The notes under the pieces are model-generated. The model was not told where the DNA came from and made no database searches. It saw nothing but the letters and a program-made list of their open reading frames with translations. Position numbers and translations under genes: made by a program. This document shows, in pieces, positions 1-8,663 of a stretch of 64,000 nt of DNA; the stretch's first letter is position 1, and each line of letters starts with the position of its first letter. This stretch comes from an uncultured Gammaproteobacteria bacterium (GTDB lineage Bacteria; Patescibacteriota; Patescibacteriia; UBA9934): assembly GCA_964552565.1 (NCBI GenBank), contig CAZKGL010000001.1:119649-183648 (forward strand). The letters are read 5' to 3'.

Positions 1-27
1 TTATTTTACTTATTTCTGCTAGTATCA

Positions 28-276
28 CCTGTTGTTTGCTTTCCTCATGCCCCCTCACATCAGGGGTGGATGCCAACGGCAGTGATTCGTGAAGCCACCT
101 ATCAGCGGCCAAGGTCATAGGCCTTGGACAATGGCGAGAGTAACCTCGTCCCAGTCCGGATTCCCTCATGGGATGAAGCAGGAGCTGAAAGTAATCGCCT
201 CGGCGGTGAATTGGTAACCCCTTCACGAAAAGCCTGCGGGTAGAAAAAGAAACCGAACCCTGTTGCACAACAGGGT
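28..276 (+). ncRNA. Candidate large structured ncRNA (raiA-motif-like) upstream of RNHCP gene
   Basis: ORF-poor leader after a TG-TAGTAT-like -10. Multiple hairpins (ccaaggtcatag-gccttgg; ggcgag-ctcgtc; atccc/ggga) and long-range pairings TTCGTGAAG/CTTCACGAA and GTTTGCTTT/AAAGAAAC. Segments GATGCCA, CCAC and AGCAGG..GAAAGTAA recall the raiA motif (from memory, not searched). Confidence 0.45.
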
Positions 277-621
277 ATGAGGAAAAACTTCCTTCCGAGC
301 GGCAATGACGCTTTCGTCTGTAATTATTGCGGACGAAACGTAGAACCGCTTACATCGGGGAGCTATCGCAATCATTGTCCGTTCTGCCTTTACGGCAAGC
401 ATGTCGATATCATTCCCGGCGATCGTAGCGAGACCTGCCAAGGGCTCATGCAGCCGGTTGGTGTCGATCATGATAGTAAAAAGGAATGGATCATTGTGTA
501 CAGGTGCGTGAAGTGCGGCATCGTCCGTAGGAACAAGGCCGCACTCGAAGATCGTCAACCAGACGACTTTGAGCTGATCATCGCACTTACCAGCTCCCCA
601 AAACAAAACGGCCTCCGGTAA
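277..621 (+). CDS. RNHCP domain protein (Zn-finger-like)
   Basis: FVCNYCG...YRNHCPFCLYGKHVD..PGDR...C.GLM.P, C-terminal CxxC. Confidence 0.9.
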   Translation: MRKNFLPSGNDAFVCNYCGRNVEPLTSGSYRNHCPFCLYGKHVDIIPGDRSETCQGLMQPVGVDHDSKKEWIIVYRCVKCGIVRRNKAALEDRQPDDFELIIALTSSPKQNGLR

Positions 622-634
622 GGAGGTCGTTTTG
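606..634. repeat. 29-bp terminator-like hairpin, direct repeat copy 1 (copy 2 at 2237-2265)
   Basis: aaacggcctccggtaaggaggtcgttttg vs aaacgacctccggtaagagggtcgttttg, 26/29 identical. Confidence 0.75.
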
Positions 635-657
635 TGCGGAAGGCGTTGCAACCCATT

Positions 658-1226
658 TTATGGCTGCTGGATTAGCCGGATGAGCTCTGCTTCCGCCTCC
701 TCGGGGCTACTAAACGACGGATAACCATGCTTCTCAGCTTCTACGGCGTAACGAGGGCGCTCTATGTTAAAGAAGGCATCCGCCTCAAGGCGCTGAAGCT
801 CCTCAGTTGTGCCCCAACGGGGCTCAGCCTTCAGACGATCGAATGTTTCCTCTTCTGAACGGCCAAGAAGAGTAATGCCTTTGATGGGTAGTTGCCGCAT
901 GAGATGCGGCAAGAGATTTACGCCCTCGAAGATGGTCGGTTTTCTGATGCGAGGATTTCTTCAATCTTTTGTTTCTTTGTCGGCCAAAAGGCTTCCGACT
1001 GGTTCACGATATTTTGCCATTGTACTTCGGGAGGGGTTGCTGGGTAGTACTCGGCTTCGTTTGTATTCCAGAAGAAGTTTACCCACGACTCGAGGGTCGG
1101 GTCGTTCTTCATCTCGTCACGGACGGCGTCCATTTTCATCCATGAGATACCAAGAGCATCAGCGACTTTCTTGGCGAGATAACTTTTTCCGGCTGTGGGG
1201 ATACCAGTAATGAATACGGAGTTCAT
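658..1226 (-). pseudogene. P-loop kinase-like gene split by a 1-nt frameshift
   Basis: ORF 918-1226 starts with a Walker A (GIPTAGKS). Adding one A in the run at 940-943 gives ...ASEKPTIFEGVNLLPHLMRQLP..., joining ORF 658-912. Confidence 0.7.
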
Positions 1227-1227
1227 A

Positions 1228-2163
1228 CTAGCTGCTGATTACCCGCTCCAACCAGTCTGTATTACAGTACGTTCCAAACTTTTCATTGAATTTCCCGAAG
1301 GCGCCGTCATCGAGGCTACTCACAAGCACGTCGCCCATGTAAAGCCTTAGGCGCGTGACGAGGTCACTTCCCGCAAAGAGTTCGGGGTAATACTTCTTGA
1401 ATAGTGATATCTCGTTACCTAGTCGGTAGTGCTCCCAAAGCGGTTCCGTCTTTTCTTCGACGTAATACTTGGGCGCGAGAAAGAAGTCGAGCATGTGCCA
1501 CAATTCGTAATCTTTCGGCGCTTGTCGGGCAAAGTCAAAATCAATGATGCCAGTGAGCGTATCGCCGTCGTGCAGAATATTCTCGAAATGGAAGTCATTA
1601 TGCACGAGCACCGGAGCGCTGGAATTCTTGAGGATGCCTTTATGTGCTTTATAGAAATCGCTATAAGCCACAAAGTTTTTTCGAGTTTCCGCGTCGAGCT
1701 TTGACTGGTCAATCCTGTCGATGTTTGTCAGGAAATCGAGCGCATTCTCCCAATTAGCAAATTCTCGCGGTCGCATAGACGAGTATGCGCCGAAAGAAAT
1801 ATTATGAAAGATTTTGAGTTGTTCGACGATTTGCGCTATGAGACTTTCGCGCTCACTTTCCGCAAGCAGATGCCAGTCTTCTGATAAATGTTTGCCCGGA
1901 AGTTTTGTCATGAGGAGATAGCTTGCTCCATCAATATTGCCACAATCGATTGCCCGGGGAACCTTCGCCCCGGCCGCACAAGCTTTATTCATGAGTTCAG
2001 GTTGATGAGCTGTAACGTCTAGGTTTTTTTCAATCTTCAAGACGTGATTTTTGCCAATTTCAAAGACCCGATTGATTTGTCCAGCGGTAAATTCCCTAAC
2101 GGGGGTATCAGCCGATAGCCCGTTTTTGGCAATGATTTTTTTTAATCGCATTTCTTCTGTCAT
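1228..2163 (-). CDS. Aminoglycoside phosphotransferase/choline kinase family protein
   Basis: Brenner motif HNDFHFENIL and IIDFD; N-terminal GQINRVF; start taken at MTEEMRL. Confidence 0.85.
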   Translation of the reverse strand: MTEEMRLKKIIAKNGLSADTPVREFTAGQINRVFEIGKNHVLKIEKNLDVTAHQPELMNKACAAGAKVPRAIDCGNIDGASYLLMTKLPGKHLSEDWHLLAESERESLIAQIVEQLKIFHNISFGAYSSMRPREFANWENALDFLTNIDRIDQSKLDAETRKNFVAYSDFYKAHKGILKNSSAPVLVHNDFHFENILHDGDTLTGIIDFDFARQAPKDYELWHMLDFFLAPKYYVEEKTEPLWEHYRLGNEISLFKKYYPELFAGSDLVTRLRLYMGDVLVSSLDDGAFGKFNEKFGTYCNTDWLERVISS

Positions 2164-2236
2164 ATGATTGCACCCATTTTGGCACGCCCCATTCGAAAAT
2201 ACCACCCTTACGGGTTACCGTATTTTTCTTGACAAC

Positions 2237-2265
2237 AAACGACCTCCGGTAAGAGGGTCGTTTTG
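2237..2265. repeat. 29-bp hairpin, direct repeat copy 2
   Basis: Near-identical to 606-634. Confidence 0.75.
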
Positions 2266-2446
2266 CATGGACACGTCCCCATGGGTTGCTCCGCACACCG
2301 TCCTTACCGCCATCGCCCCATGTAAACAAAAAGCTCCCGCAATCGAAATATCGATTGGGGAGTGCTTTTTGTGACAACGGGAGCTTGGTATTACTACCAC
2401 CGCATCCGATACATCTAGTTCATCAAACCGATAACACGGTGTCAAA

Positions 2447-2455
2447 TGTGGATAA
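2447..2455 (-). promoter_or_regulatory. DnaA box (TTATCCACA)
   Basis: Perfect consensus, intergenic just downstream of topA. Confidence 0.45.
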
Positions 2456-2463
2456 CCTGCACG

Positions 2464-4746
2464 TTACTCTGCAGCCTCTTCTTTCTTCTTCCTACCCTTC
2501 CACGCCCGTTTCGGCGCAGTGCGCTTCTTTGCGAGCATCGCGATCGCTTGTTCGAGCGTCACGTCCTTCGGGTCGGTGTTTTTCGGAATGGTGACGTTGG
2601 TTTTTCCGTCCGTGACGTATGGGCCGTAGCGCCCGTCCTTCACAAGGATGTTCCCCTTGCTCTCCGGGTCCACACCGAGTTCAGCGATCGGCGTCATCAT
2701 CTTCTTTTTCTTTTCGACGCCCTCGGTGCAGATCTGGATAGCGCGCTCGAGCGTAATCGTTGCCGGGCTTTCGGTCGGCGGGAGCGAAATGTTTACTTCG
2801 CCGCACTTGAGGTACGGACCGAAGCGCCCGAGGTTGGCGATGATCTCGTTGCCGTCCGTGTGCGTGCCGACGATGCGGGGCAGCTCGAGGAGCTTCAACG
2901 CCTGCTCGATCGTGATGGTGTCCATGAGGAGGTCCTTCGTCAGCGACGCGCGCTTCGGCTTCGGTTCCTCGTCCGTCACCTCGCCGAGCTGGACATACGG
3001 TCCGAAGCGTCCGGTGCGCACAATGATCTCCATGCCGGACTTTGGATCCTTGCCGAGTTTGCGTTCCTTCATGACGTCGGCGCGGGTGAGGTCTGCGCCC
3101 TTTTCGACGATCTGTTCGTGGAACGGGCCGTAGAACGACGCCATGACCATCTGCCAGTTGTGCGAACCCTCGGCGATCTCGTCGAGCTTCTGTTCCATCT
3201 CGGCGGTGAAGCCGTAGTCGACGATGTTCGGGAAATGGTTCTTGAGGAGGTCGGTGACGATGATCGCGATGTCCGACGGGTACAGCTTCTTGTTGTCGTC
3301 GCGGAGCACATAGCCGCGGTCGATGATCGTCGTCAAGGTCGGCGCGTACGTCGACGGGCGGCCGATGCCGTACTCCTCGAGCGCCTTGATAAGCGTCGCA
3401 TCCGAGTAGCGCGCCGGCGGCTCGGTGAAATGCTGCTCCGGCTTCACCTCCTTCGCCGTACCGATGTCTTCGTCCTCCTTCAGCTCCGGAAGGATCTTGT
3501 CTTCCGCGGCGTGCCACACCTTCATGTAGCCCGGGAACACGACTGTGCTGCCGTTCGCGCGGAACGTGTGGCCGTTGCCCGCGAGGTCGACGCCGGTGCG
3601 GCGGATTTTTGCGGACGGCATCTGGCTCGCGACCGTGCGGCGCCAGATGAGGTCGTACAATTTCCATTCGCCCGTATCGAGCGATTGCTTGAGCGACGCC
3701 GGCACTACGGTAACGTCGGTCGGGCGGATGGCCTCGTGCGCTTCCTGCGCGCCCTTGCTCTTCGTCGCGTACTTCACTGCGCCCTTTGCGTACTCCGCGC
3801 CGAACTCGCTCTTGATATATTCCTGCGCTGCCGAGGTGAACTGTTCGGCGAGGTTCAAGGAGTCGGTACGCATGTACGTGATGCGGCCGGTTTCGTAGAG
3901 TTTTTGCGCCAGCGTCATCGTCTGTTTCGCGCTCATGCCGAGACGGTTGTACGCCTCCTGCTGCAGGGTCGACGTGGTGAGCGGCACCGGCGGCTTGCGC
4001 GAGGCGTCCTTCAACTCGATCTTTTGCACGACAAAATGTGCGTCCTTCACCACGTCGACGATCGCCTTGGCGTCCGCCTCCGTCTTGATGTCGAGTTTGT
4101 CGAGTTTCTTGTCGCCGATCGCGGTCAGCTTCGCCTCGATGGCGGCGCCGGCCTTCTCGAAGACGGCTTCGATGGTCCAGTATTCTTCGCTTGTGAACGC
4201 ATTGCGCTCCTGTTCGCGCTCGACGACGAGGCGCACGGCGACCGACTGCACGCGGCCTGCGGAGAGCCCGCGCTGGACCTTTTTCCACAGGAGCGGGGAG
4301 AGTTCATAACCGACGAGGCGGTCCAAAATGCGGCGCGTCTGCTGCGCGTCGACGAGGCGCATGTCGATATGGCGCGGCTTTTCGAGCGCGTGGTCGATAG
4401 CGTGCTTTGTGATTTCGTGGAATGTGATGCGCTTCGCCGTGGCCGGGTCGAGCTTTAGCACTTCGGCGATGTGCCAGGCAATCGCCTCTCCTTCGCGGTC
4501 TTCGTCAGTTGCGAGGTAGACCTCGTCGGCGTGTTTGGCGGCGTCCTTCAGCGCGGCGACCTTCTGCTTCTTTTCCGTCGGGACCTCATAGGTCGGCGCA
4601 AAGCCATGCTCCACGTCGACTCCGGTCGACTTCTTCGGGAGGTCGCGGATGTGCCCGAATGACGAGAGGATTTTGTAGCCGTTGCCCAGGAACTTTCCAA
4701 TGGTCTTGGCTTTCGTCGGCGACTCAACAATCAAAAGTTTGCTCAT
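2464..4746 (-). CDS. topA: DNA topoisomerase I
   Basis: LLIVESPTKAKTI, ATDEDREGE, SAGRVQS, ITYMRTDS, QEAHEAIRP; C-terminal GRFGPY repeats. Confidence 0.98.
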   Translation of the reverse strand: MSKLLIVESPTKAKTIGKFLGNGYKILSSFGHIRDLPKKSTGVDVEHGFAPTYEVPTEKKQKVAALKDAAKHADEVYLATDEDREGEAIAWHIAEVLKLDPATAKRITFHEITKHAIDHALEKPRHIDMRLVDAQQTRRILDRLVGYELSPLLWKKVQRGLSAGRVQSVAVRLVVEREQERNAFTSEEYWTIEAVFEKAGAAIEAKLTAIGDKKLDKLDIKTEADAKAIVDVVKDAHFVVQKIELKDASRKPPVPLTTSTLQQEAYNRLGMSAKQTMTLAQKLYETGRITYMRTDSLNLAEQFTSAAQEYIKSEFGAEYAKGAVKYATKSKGAQEAHEAIRPTDVTVVPASLKQSLDTGEWKLYDLIWRRTVASQMPSAKIRRTGVDLAGNGHTFRANGSTVVFPGYMKVWHAAEDKILPELKEDEDIGTAKEVKPEQHFTEPPARYSDATLIKALEEYGIGRPSTYAPTLTTIIDRGYVLRDDNKKLYPSDIAIIVTDLLKNHFPNIVDYGFTAEMEQKLDEIAEGSHNWQMVMASFYGPFHEQIVEKGADLTRADVMKERKLGKDPKSGMEIIVRTGRFGPYVQLGEVTDEEPKPKRASLTKDLLMDTITIEQALKLLELPRIVGTHTDGNEIIANLGRFGPYLKCGEVNISLPPTESPATITLERAIQICTEGVEKKKKMMTPIAELGVDPESKGNILVKDGRYGPYVTDGKTNVTIPKNTDPKDVTLEQAIAMLAKKRTAPKRAWKGRKKKEEAAE

Positions 4747-6017
4747 ACTCGATGCGAACGATAGCCGTGCGACGAGCGCGCGTCAAGAATTTCTTTCTCG
4801 CTTACCCAATGCGTGCGCACTTCGCCGGCCAAGTAGAGCGATCCCGTCACGAGGATGGTGTCACCGCTTTTGGCAGATTGGAGCGCGTGGCGGAGCGCGT
4901 CGTGCGAGAACAAGAACATCTCGCCGCGCGTTGACTTCGGGACGAGGCGGAGCAGCGCCGCGGGGTCCTTTGGCGCGCCGCGCCCGGTGCTATAGCGCGT
5001 CGTGTGGATGACATCGGCAATCGCGGCAAGTTCGGCGACCATCGCCTTTGCATCCTTACCGTCTTTGCAGCCGAAGACGACGTGGACCTTTCCTTTTGCC
5101 GCGCGTCCGAGCATCCGGCACGTCGTGCGCATCTTTGCGACGTTGTGCGCCCCGTCGACGATGACGAGCGGCTTCTTTTGCATCACTTCACACCGGCAGG
5201 GGAGGCCTGTGCTGCGGGCGATCGCGCGTTCGATCGCCGCCATCGGGACGCCCACTGCGCGCGCGGCGGCCGTGGCAACAAGCGCGTTGTGCAGCCGGTG
5301 GTCGTCGTTCGGCGCATCAATCCACTGCACGTCCGCGCCGTGCGTCTTCGCTTCGCGTGCGATGATCGCGCGGATGCCCGGGCGCGCCTCGCCACTCACC
5401 ACGCTGCACCGTCCGGTGATGATGCCCGCCTTCTCGCGCGTGATCGCTTCGAGGCTGTTGCCGAGGAGCTCGGTGTGGTCGAGGTCGATGGTCGTGATGA
5501 CCGCGACGTCTTTTTTGGGGATGACATTCGTCGAATCCCACCGTCCGCCAAGGCCGACCTCCAGCACGCACCACTCCACGCCTTCGAGCACGAACGCGAC
5601 GAGCGCGACGCAGGTCGTCAATTCGAAATAGGTGAGCGGCTGCTTGCCTTCGCGGACGTGCGCTTCGTATGCGGCGAGCACGATGTTCGTCGCCTGCACG
5701 AAACGTTTCGGGTCGAGGAGCTTTTGGCCGACGCGGAAGCGCTCAAGGAGCGTCGTGGTATGCGGCGACATGTAGCTCCCGACCTTCCGGCCGTCCGCAA
5801 GGAGCATCTCGTGGATGAGATGCGTCACGCTGCCTTTGCCGCTCGTGCCCGTGACATGGATGAAGCGCATGCGGCGCTCCGGGTGCTCGAGGCGGGCCAA
5901 CAGCTCGCGGAGGCGCGCCAAAGAATCGCGCAGGCTCTGCGCCGACGAGTGTTTCCAGGGCAGTTCAAGGTTGCCGAGCGATGAAAGGCGTGCGACCGCG
6001 GCGTGGTAGGCGTCCAT
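4743..6017 (-). CDS. folC: Folylpolyglutamate synthase/dihydrofolate synthase
   Basis: HVTGTSGKGS, SPH, EVGLGGRWDSTN, DHTELLG, EKAGII, DGAHN, TGSLYLAGE. Confidence 0.93.
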   Translation of the reverse strand: MDAYHAAVARLSSLGNLELPWKHSSAQSLRDSLARLRELLARLEHPERRMRFIHVTGTSGKGSVTHLIHEMLLADGRKVGSYMSPHTTTLLERFRVGQKLLDPKRFVQATNIVLAAYEAHVREGKQPLTYFELTTCVALVAFVLEGVEWCVLEVGLGGRWDSTNVIPKKDVAVITTIDLDHTELLGNSLEAITREKAGIITGRCSVVSGEARPGIRAIIAREAKTHGADVQWIDAPNDDHRLHNALVATAAARAVGVPMAAIERAIARSTGLPCRCEVMQKKPLVIVDGAHNVAKMRTTCRMLGRAAKGKVHVVFGCKDGKDAKAMVAELAAIADVIHTTRYSTGRGAPKDPAALLRLVPKSTRGEMFLFSHDALRHALQSAKSGDTILVTGSLYLAGEVRTHWVSEKEILDARSSHGYRSHRV

Positions 6018-6023
6018 AAACGG

Positions 6024-7115
6024 CTACCTTATATAGCGGGAACCGCCGATATGTCTAGCCCAGCCTTCGATTTCCATGACGGTCAGCGTGCTGCCGACAA
6101 GCGGGGTGGGGAGGCCGACGGCGCGGCAAATATCGTCGATATGCAGGGGTTCCATGGTAAGGACGGCGTAGATCGCGGCCGCCTCGGGCGACGCCGGCGA
6201 ACCGGTACGCATAGGCGGGGTCACCGCACCCCGCCGGTCATCGGTCACGCCAAGTACGGACAGGATGTCGTCGGCGCAGGTGGCGACGTGGGCGCCATCG
6301 CGGCAGAGGCGGTTGGTGCCGACCGACGTTGGGGAGGTGATAGGGCCGGGGACGGCGAAGAGCTCGCGGTTTTCGTTGAGTGCGGCCCGGGCGGTGATAA
6401 GCGACCCGGACTGTTCCGCGGCTTCCACAACGAGGGTGGCTTTGCTGAGGCCTGCGATGACGCGGTTGCGGATGGGGAAGTGGTGGGTGAGTGGCGGCAT
6501 CGTTGGCGGGAACTCGCTCATGACGCAGCCGCCTGCGTCGACGATGGCGCGGGCGAGCGCATCTTTGCGCGGCGCATCTTGCCCGTCGAGCCCGCTGGCG
6601 AGGACCGCGATCGTCACCCCGCCGGCGTCGAGCGTCGCCCGGTGCGCCGCTTCATCGATGCCCCATGCAAGGCCGCTCACGATGACGATGCCGCGCGACG
6701 CGAGGTCTCGGCTCATATCATGGGCGACGCGTAAGCCGTAGTCCGTCGCTTTGCGCGACCCGACGACGCCGAGCGTCATGGCGTCGTGCGGCGGCAGCGT
6801 CCCGCGATAAAACAGGACATACGGCGGATCGTGGATCGCCTTGAGGAGCGTGGGGTACCGATCGTCGTCCACACCGACGACGTCGATGCCGCGCGTGGCG
6901 ACATCGTCGGCCAACGCCTGCGGGTTGTGCGCGTTGCGCCACGCGACAAACTTTGCCGCCATCGTCGGCGATAGGCCGCCACGCATGAGTTCGGATTCGG
7001 ACACGCCCCAAACCGCCTCGTCGTCGCCAAGCGTCGCGAGGAGGTTCCGGTGGTGCACGGGGCCGATGTCGAGGTCGCCAAAATGGGCGAGCGCAACGCG
7101 AAAAGGAGAGGTCAT
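6024..7115 (-). CDS. dprA: DNA processing protein DprA
   Basis: VVGSRKAT.YG, VSGLAWGID, FPIRNRVIAGLS, VVEAAEQSGSLITA; C-terminal winged helix. Confidence 0.96.
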   Translation of the reverse strand: MTSPFRVALAHFGDLDIGPVHHRNLLATLGDDEAVWGVSESELMRGGLSPTMAAKFVAWRNAHNPQALADDVATRGIDVVGVDDDRYPTLLKAIHDPPYVLFYRGTLPPHDAMTLGVVGSRKATDYGLRVAHDMSRDLASRGIVIVSGLAWGIDEAAHRATLDAGGVTIAVLASGLDGQDAPRKDALARAIVDAGGCVMSEFPPTMPPLTHHFPIRNRVIAGLSKATLVVEAAEQSGSLITARAALNENRELFAVPGPITSPTSVGTNRLCRDGAHVATCADDILSVLGVTDDRRGAVTPPMRTGSPASPEAAAIYAVLTMEPLHIDDICRAVGLPTPLVGSTLTVMEIEGWARHIGGSRYIR

Positions 7116-7211
7116 TGCCTTATTCTACCATCTCGGCCATTTGCTCATCCGTAGGCGTCAACTGCCGAGTGTTTGCTGTGCTTGCTATAGGTGTATCCGG
7201 GGGAAAGCCAC

Positions 7212-7964
7212 ATGGAGAAGTGGATTCGTATCGGTCTTTTGCTCGGCACGCTTGCCTGGTCGCTCCTCGCGGGCTCCGGCTGCCAGTATGTATTTTCCGC
7301 GGAGTCGTCGAAGACGAGCTGGACCATGCCGGGGCCCGCGCCCGAGCTGCCGCCGGGCGTGCCGCCCGCGGTGCCCGACCTGTCGCGCTACCCGAGCGCC
7401 CAGTCGCGCATCAAGCTCGCCACGCTCGACCATCCGATCGCCGAGGTGAAGCAGATGTACGTCGCGCTCGCGGCGAAGGCGCAGGGGACGCTCCTCGTCG
7501 TCCTCTCGGAGAACCTGAACGACCACGCCGCGTTCGCGGGCCTTCTCGTGAAGCCGCTCAAGGGCAAGGGCCACGAGGCTGCGCTCGTGTTCGACGCGCA
7601 GCGGATGGAGAACGCGGCGACGATCGACGACATCCTCGACGTCTGGGCGACGACCGAGCGCGAGATCGTGCGCTGGAAGCAGCTCATGTTCGACGGGCGT
7701 CCGGCGGCGACCTTCGTCGAGCGGTACGCCGTCGCGACCGACGAGGAGTGCGCCTGGACGTGGAAGGGCGAGCTCGAGGCGAACGCGGCCTACTGCCGCC
7801 GCGCGAACGGATGGGGGCTGCGCCGCAACCCCGAGCTCTGCCCGTGGGTGGGCGACGACGCCGACTTCCGCCACGCGCTGTACCTCGCCATGACCAAGGA
7901 CATGACGCACGCCGAGTGCGTCGCGACCTGGGCGCGGATGGCGGGACACCCCGCGTACCAGTGA
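7212..7964 (+). CDS. Hypothetical lipoprotein-like orphan
   Basis: Signal peptide ending LLAGSGC; near-exclusive G/C third codon positions. Confidence 0.7.
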   Translation: MEKWIRIGLLLGTLAWSLLAGSGCQYVFSAESSKTSWTMPGPAPELPPGVPPAVPDLSRYPSAQSRIKLATLDHPIAEVKQMYVALAAKAQGTLLVVLSENLNDHAAFAGLLVKPLKGKGHEAALVFDAQRMENAATIDDILDVWATTEREIVRWKQLMFDGRPAATFVERYAVATDEECAWTWKGELEANAAYCRRANGWGLRRNPELCPWVGDDADFRHALYLAMTKDMTHAECVATWARMAGHPAYQ

Positions 7965-7988
7965 ACGTCAGAGGCCGGGTGTGAGAGA

Positions 7989-8022
7989 CTCCGAAGCTCA
8001 GCTTCGAAGCTGAGCTTCGGAG
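7989..8022. repeat. 34-bp perfect nested palindrome (second copy 56172-56201)
   Basis: ctccgaagctcagcttc|gaagctgagcttcggag. Confidence 0.9.
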
Positions 8023-8089
8023 GGAGAAATAGCTCGCGATCTGAACCGAGAGGCCGGCATCCCACGCGGGGACGCCGGCCTCAACTCGT

Positions 8090-8662
8090 TTATTGGATCG
8101 TGATCGTCTCTTCTTTCACCCCGTCCGCGAGTGCGCGGTCGATGATATCCTCGACGATCTCCGCTTTTCGCTCCATGAGCGCATGTTCGTCTTTCGAAAA
8201 CTTCTGGAGGACGTATTCCTCGAGCGGCATCTTTTCCGGCGGGGCGCCGATGCCGATGCCGATGCCGATGCGGATGCGGGCGAAGCCTTCGCCGACGTGC
8301 TCGATGATCGATTTGATGCCGTTATGCCCGCCAGCCGAACCGCCGATGCGCACACGTACTTGGTTCGGCTCGATCGCCGCCTCGTCGTACGCGACCCAGA
8401 CGTCTTTCGCTGCGACCTTGTACATTCCGCACAAGGACGCGACCGATTCGCCCGAGAGGTTCATGAAGGTCTGCGGCTTGGCGAGGATGACTTTCTTGCC
8501 GTTCACATTGGCTTCCGCGACCTCCGCCCGCGCCGCCGCATTCGCTTTCCAGCCGAGCTCCCAGCTGTCGGCAAGGTGGTCGACCGCAACAAAGCCTGCG
8601 TTGTGGCGGGTGCGGTCGTATTTCGTGCCGGGGTTGCCAAGGCCGACGATAAGGATGGCCAT
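8090..8662 (-). CDS. pth: Peptidyl-tRNA hydrolase
   Basis: IVGLGNPG..Y..TRHNAGF, KPQTFMNLSG, GGHNGIKS, RIRIGIG. Confidence 0.97.
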   Translation of the reverse strand: MAILIVGLGNPGTKYDRTRHNAGFVAVDHLADSWELGWKANAAARAEVAEANVNGKKVILAKPQTFMNLSGESVASLCGMYKVAAKDVWVAYDEAAIEPNQVRVRIGGSAGGHNGIKSIIEHVGEGFARIRIGIGIGIGAPPEKMPLEEYVLQKFSKDEHALMERKAEIVEDIIDRALADGVKEETITIQ

Positions 8663-8663
8663 A

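Noticed and set aside
30-240. RNase P RNA on the minus strand (GAGGGAATCCGGACT resembles GAGGAAAGTCCGG)
   Set aside because: The match is imperfect, downstream conserved regions are unconvincing, and promoter and pairing favour the plus strand. An Rfam scan is needed to exclude it fully.
2164-2463. Replication origin
   Set aside because: Only one DnaA box; no cluster, unwinding element or dnaA/dnaN nearby.
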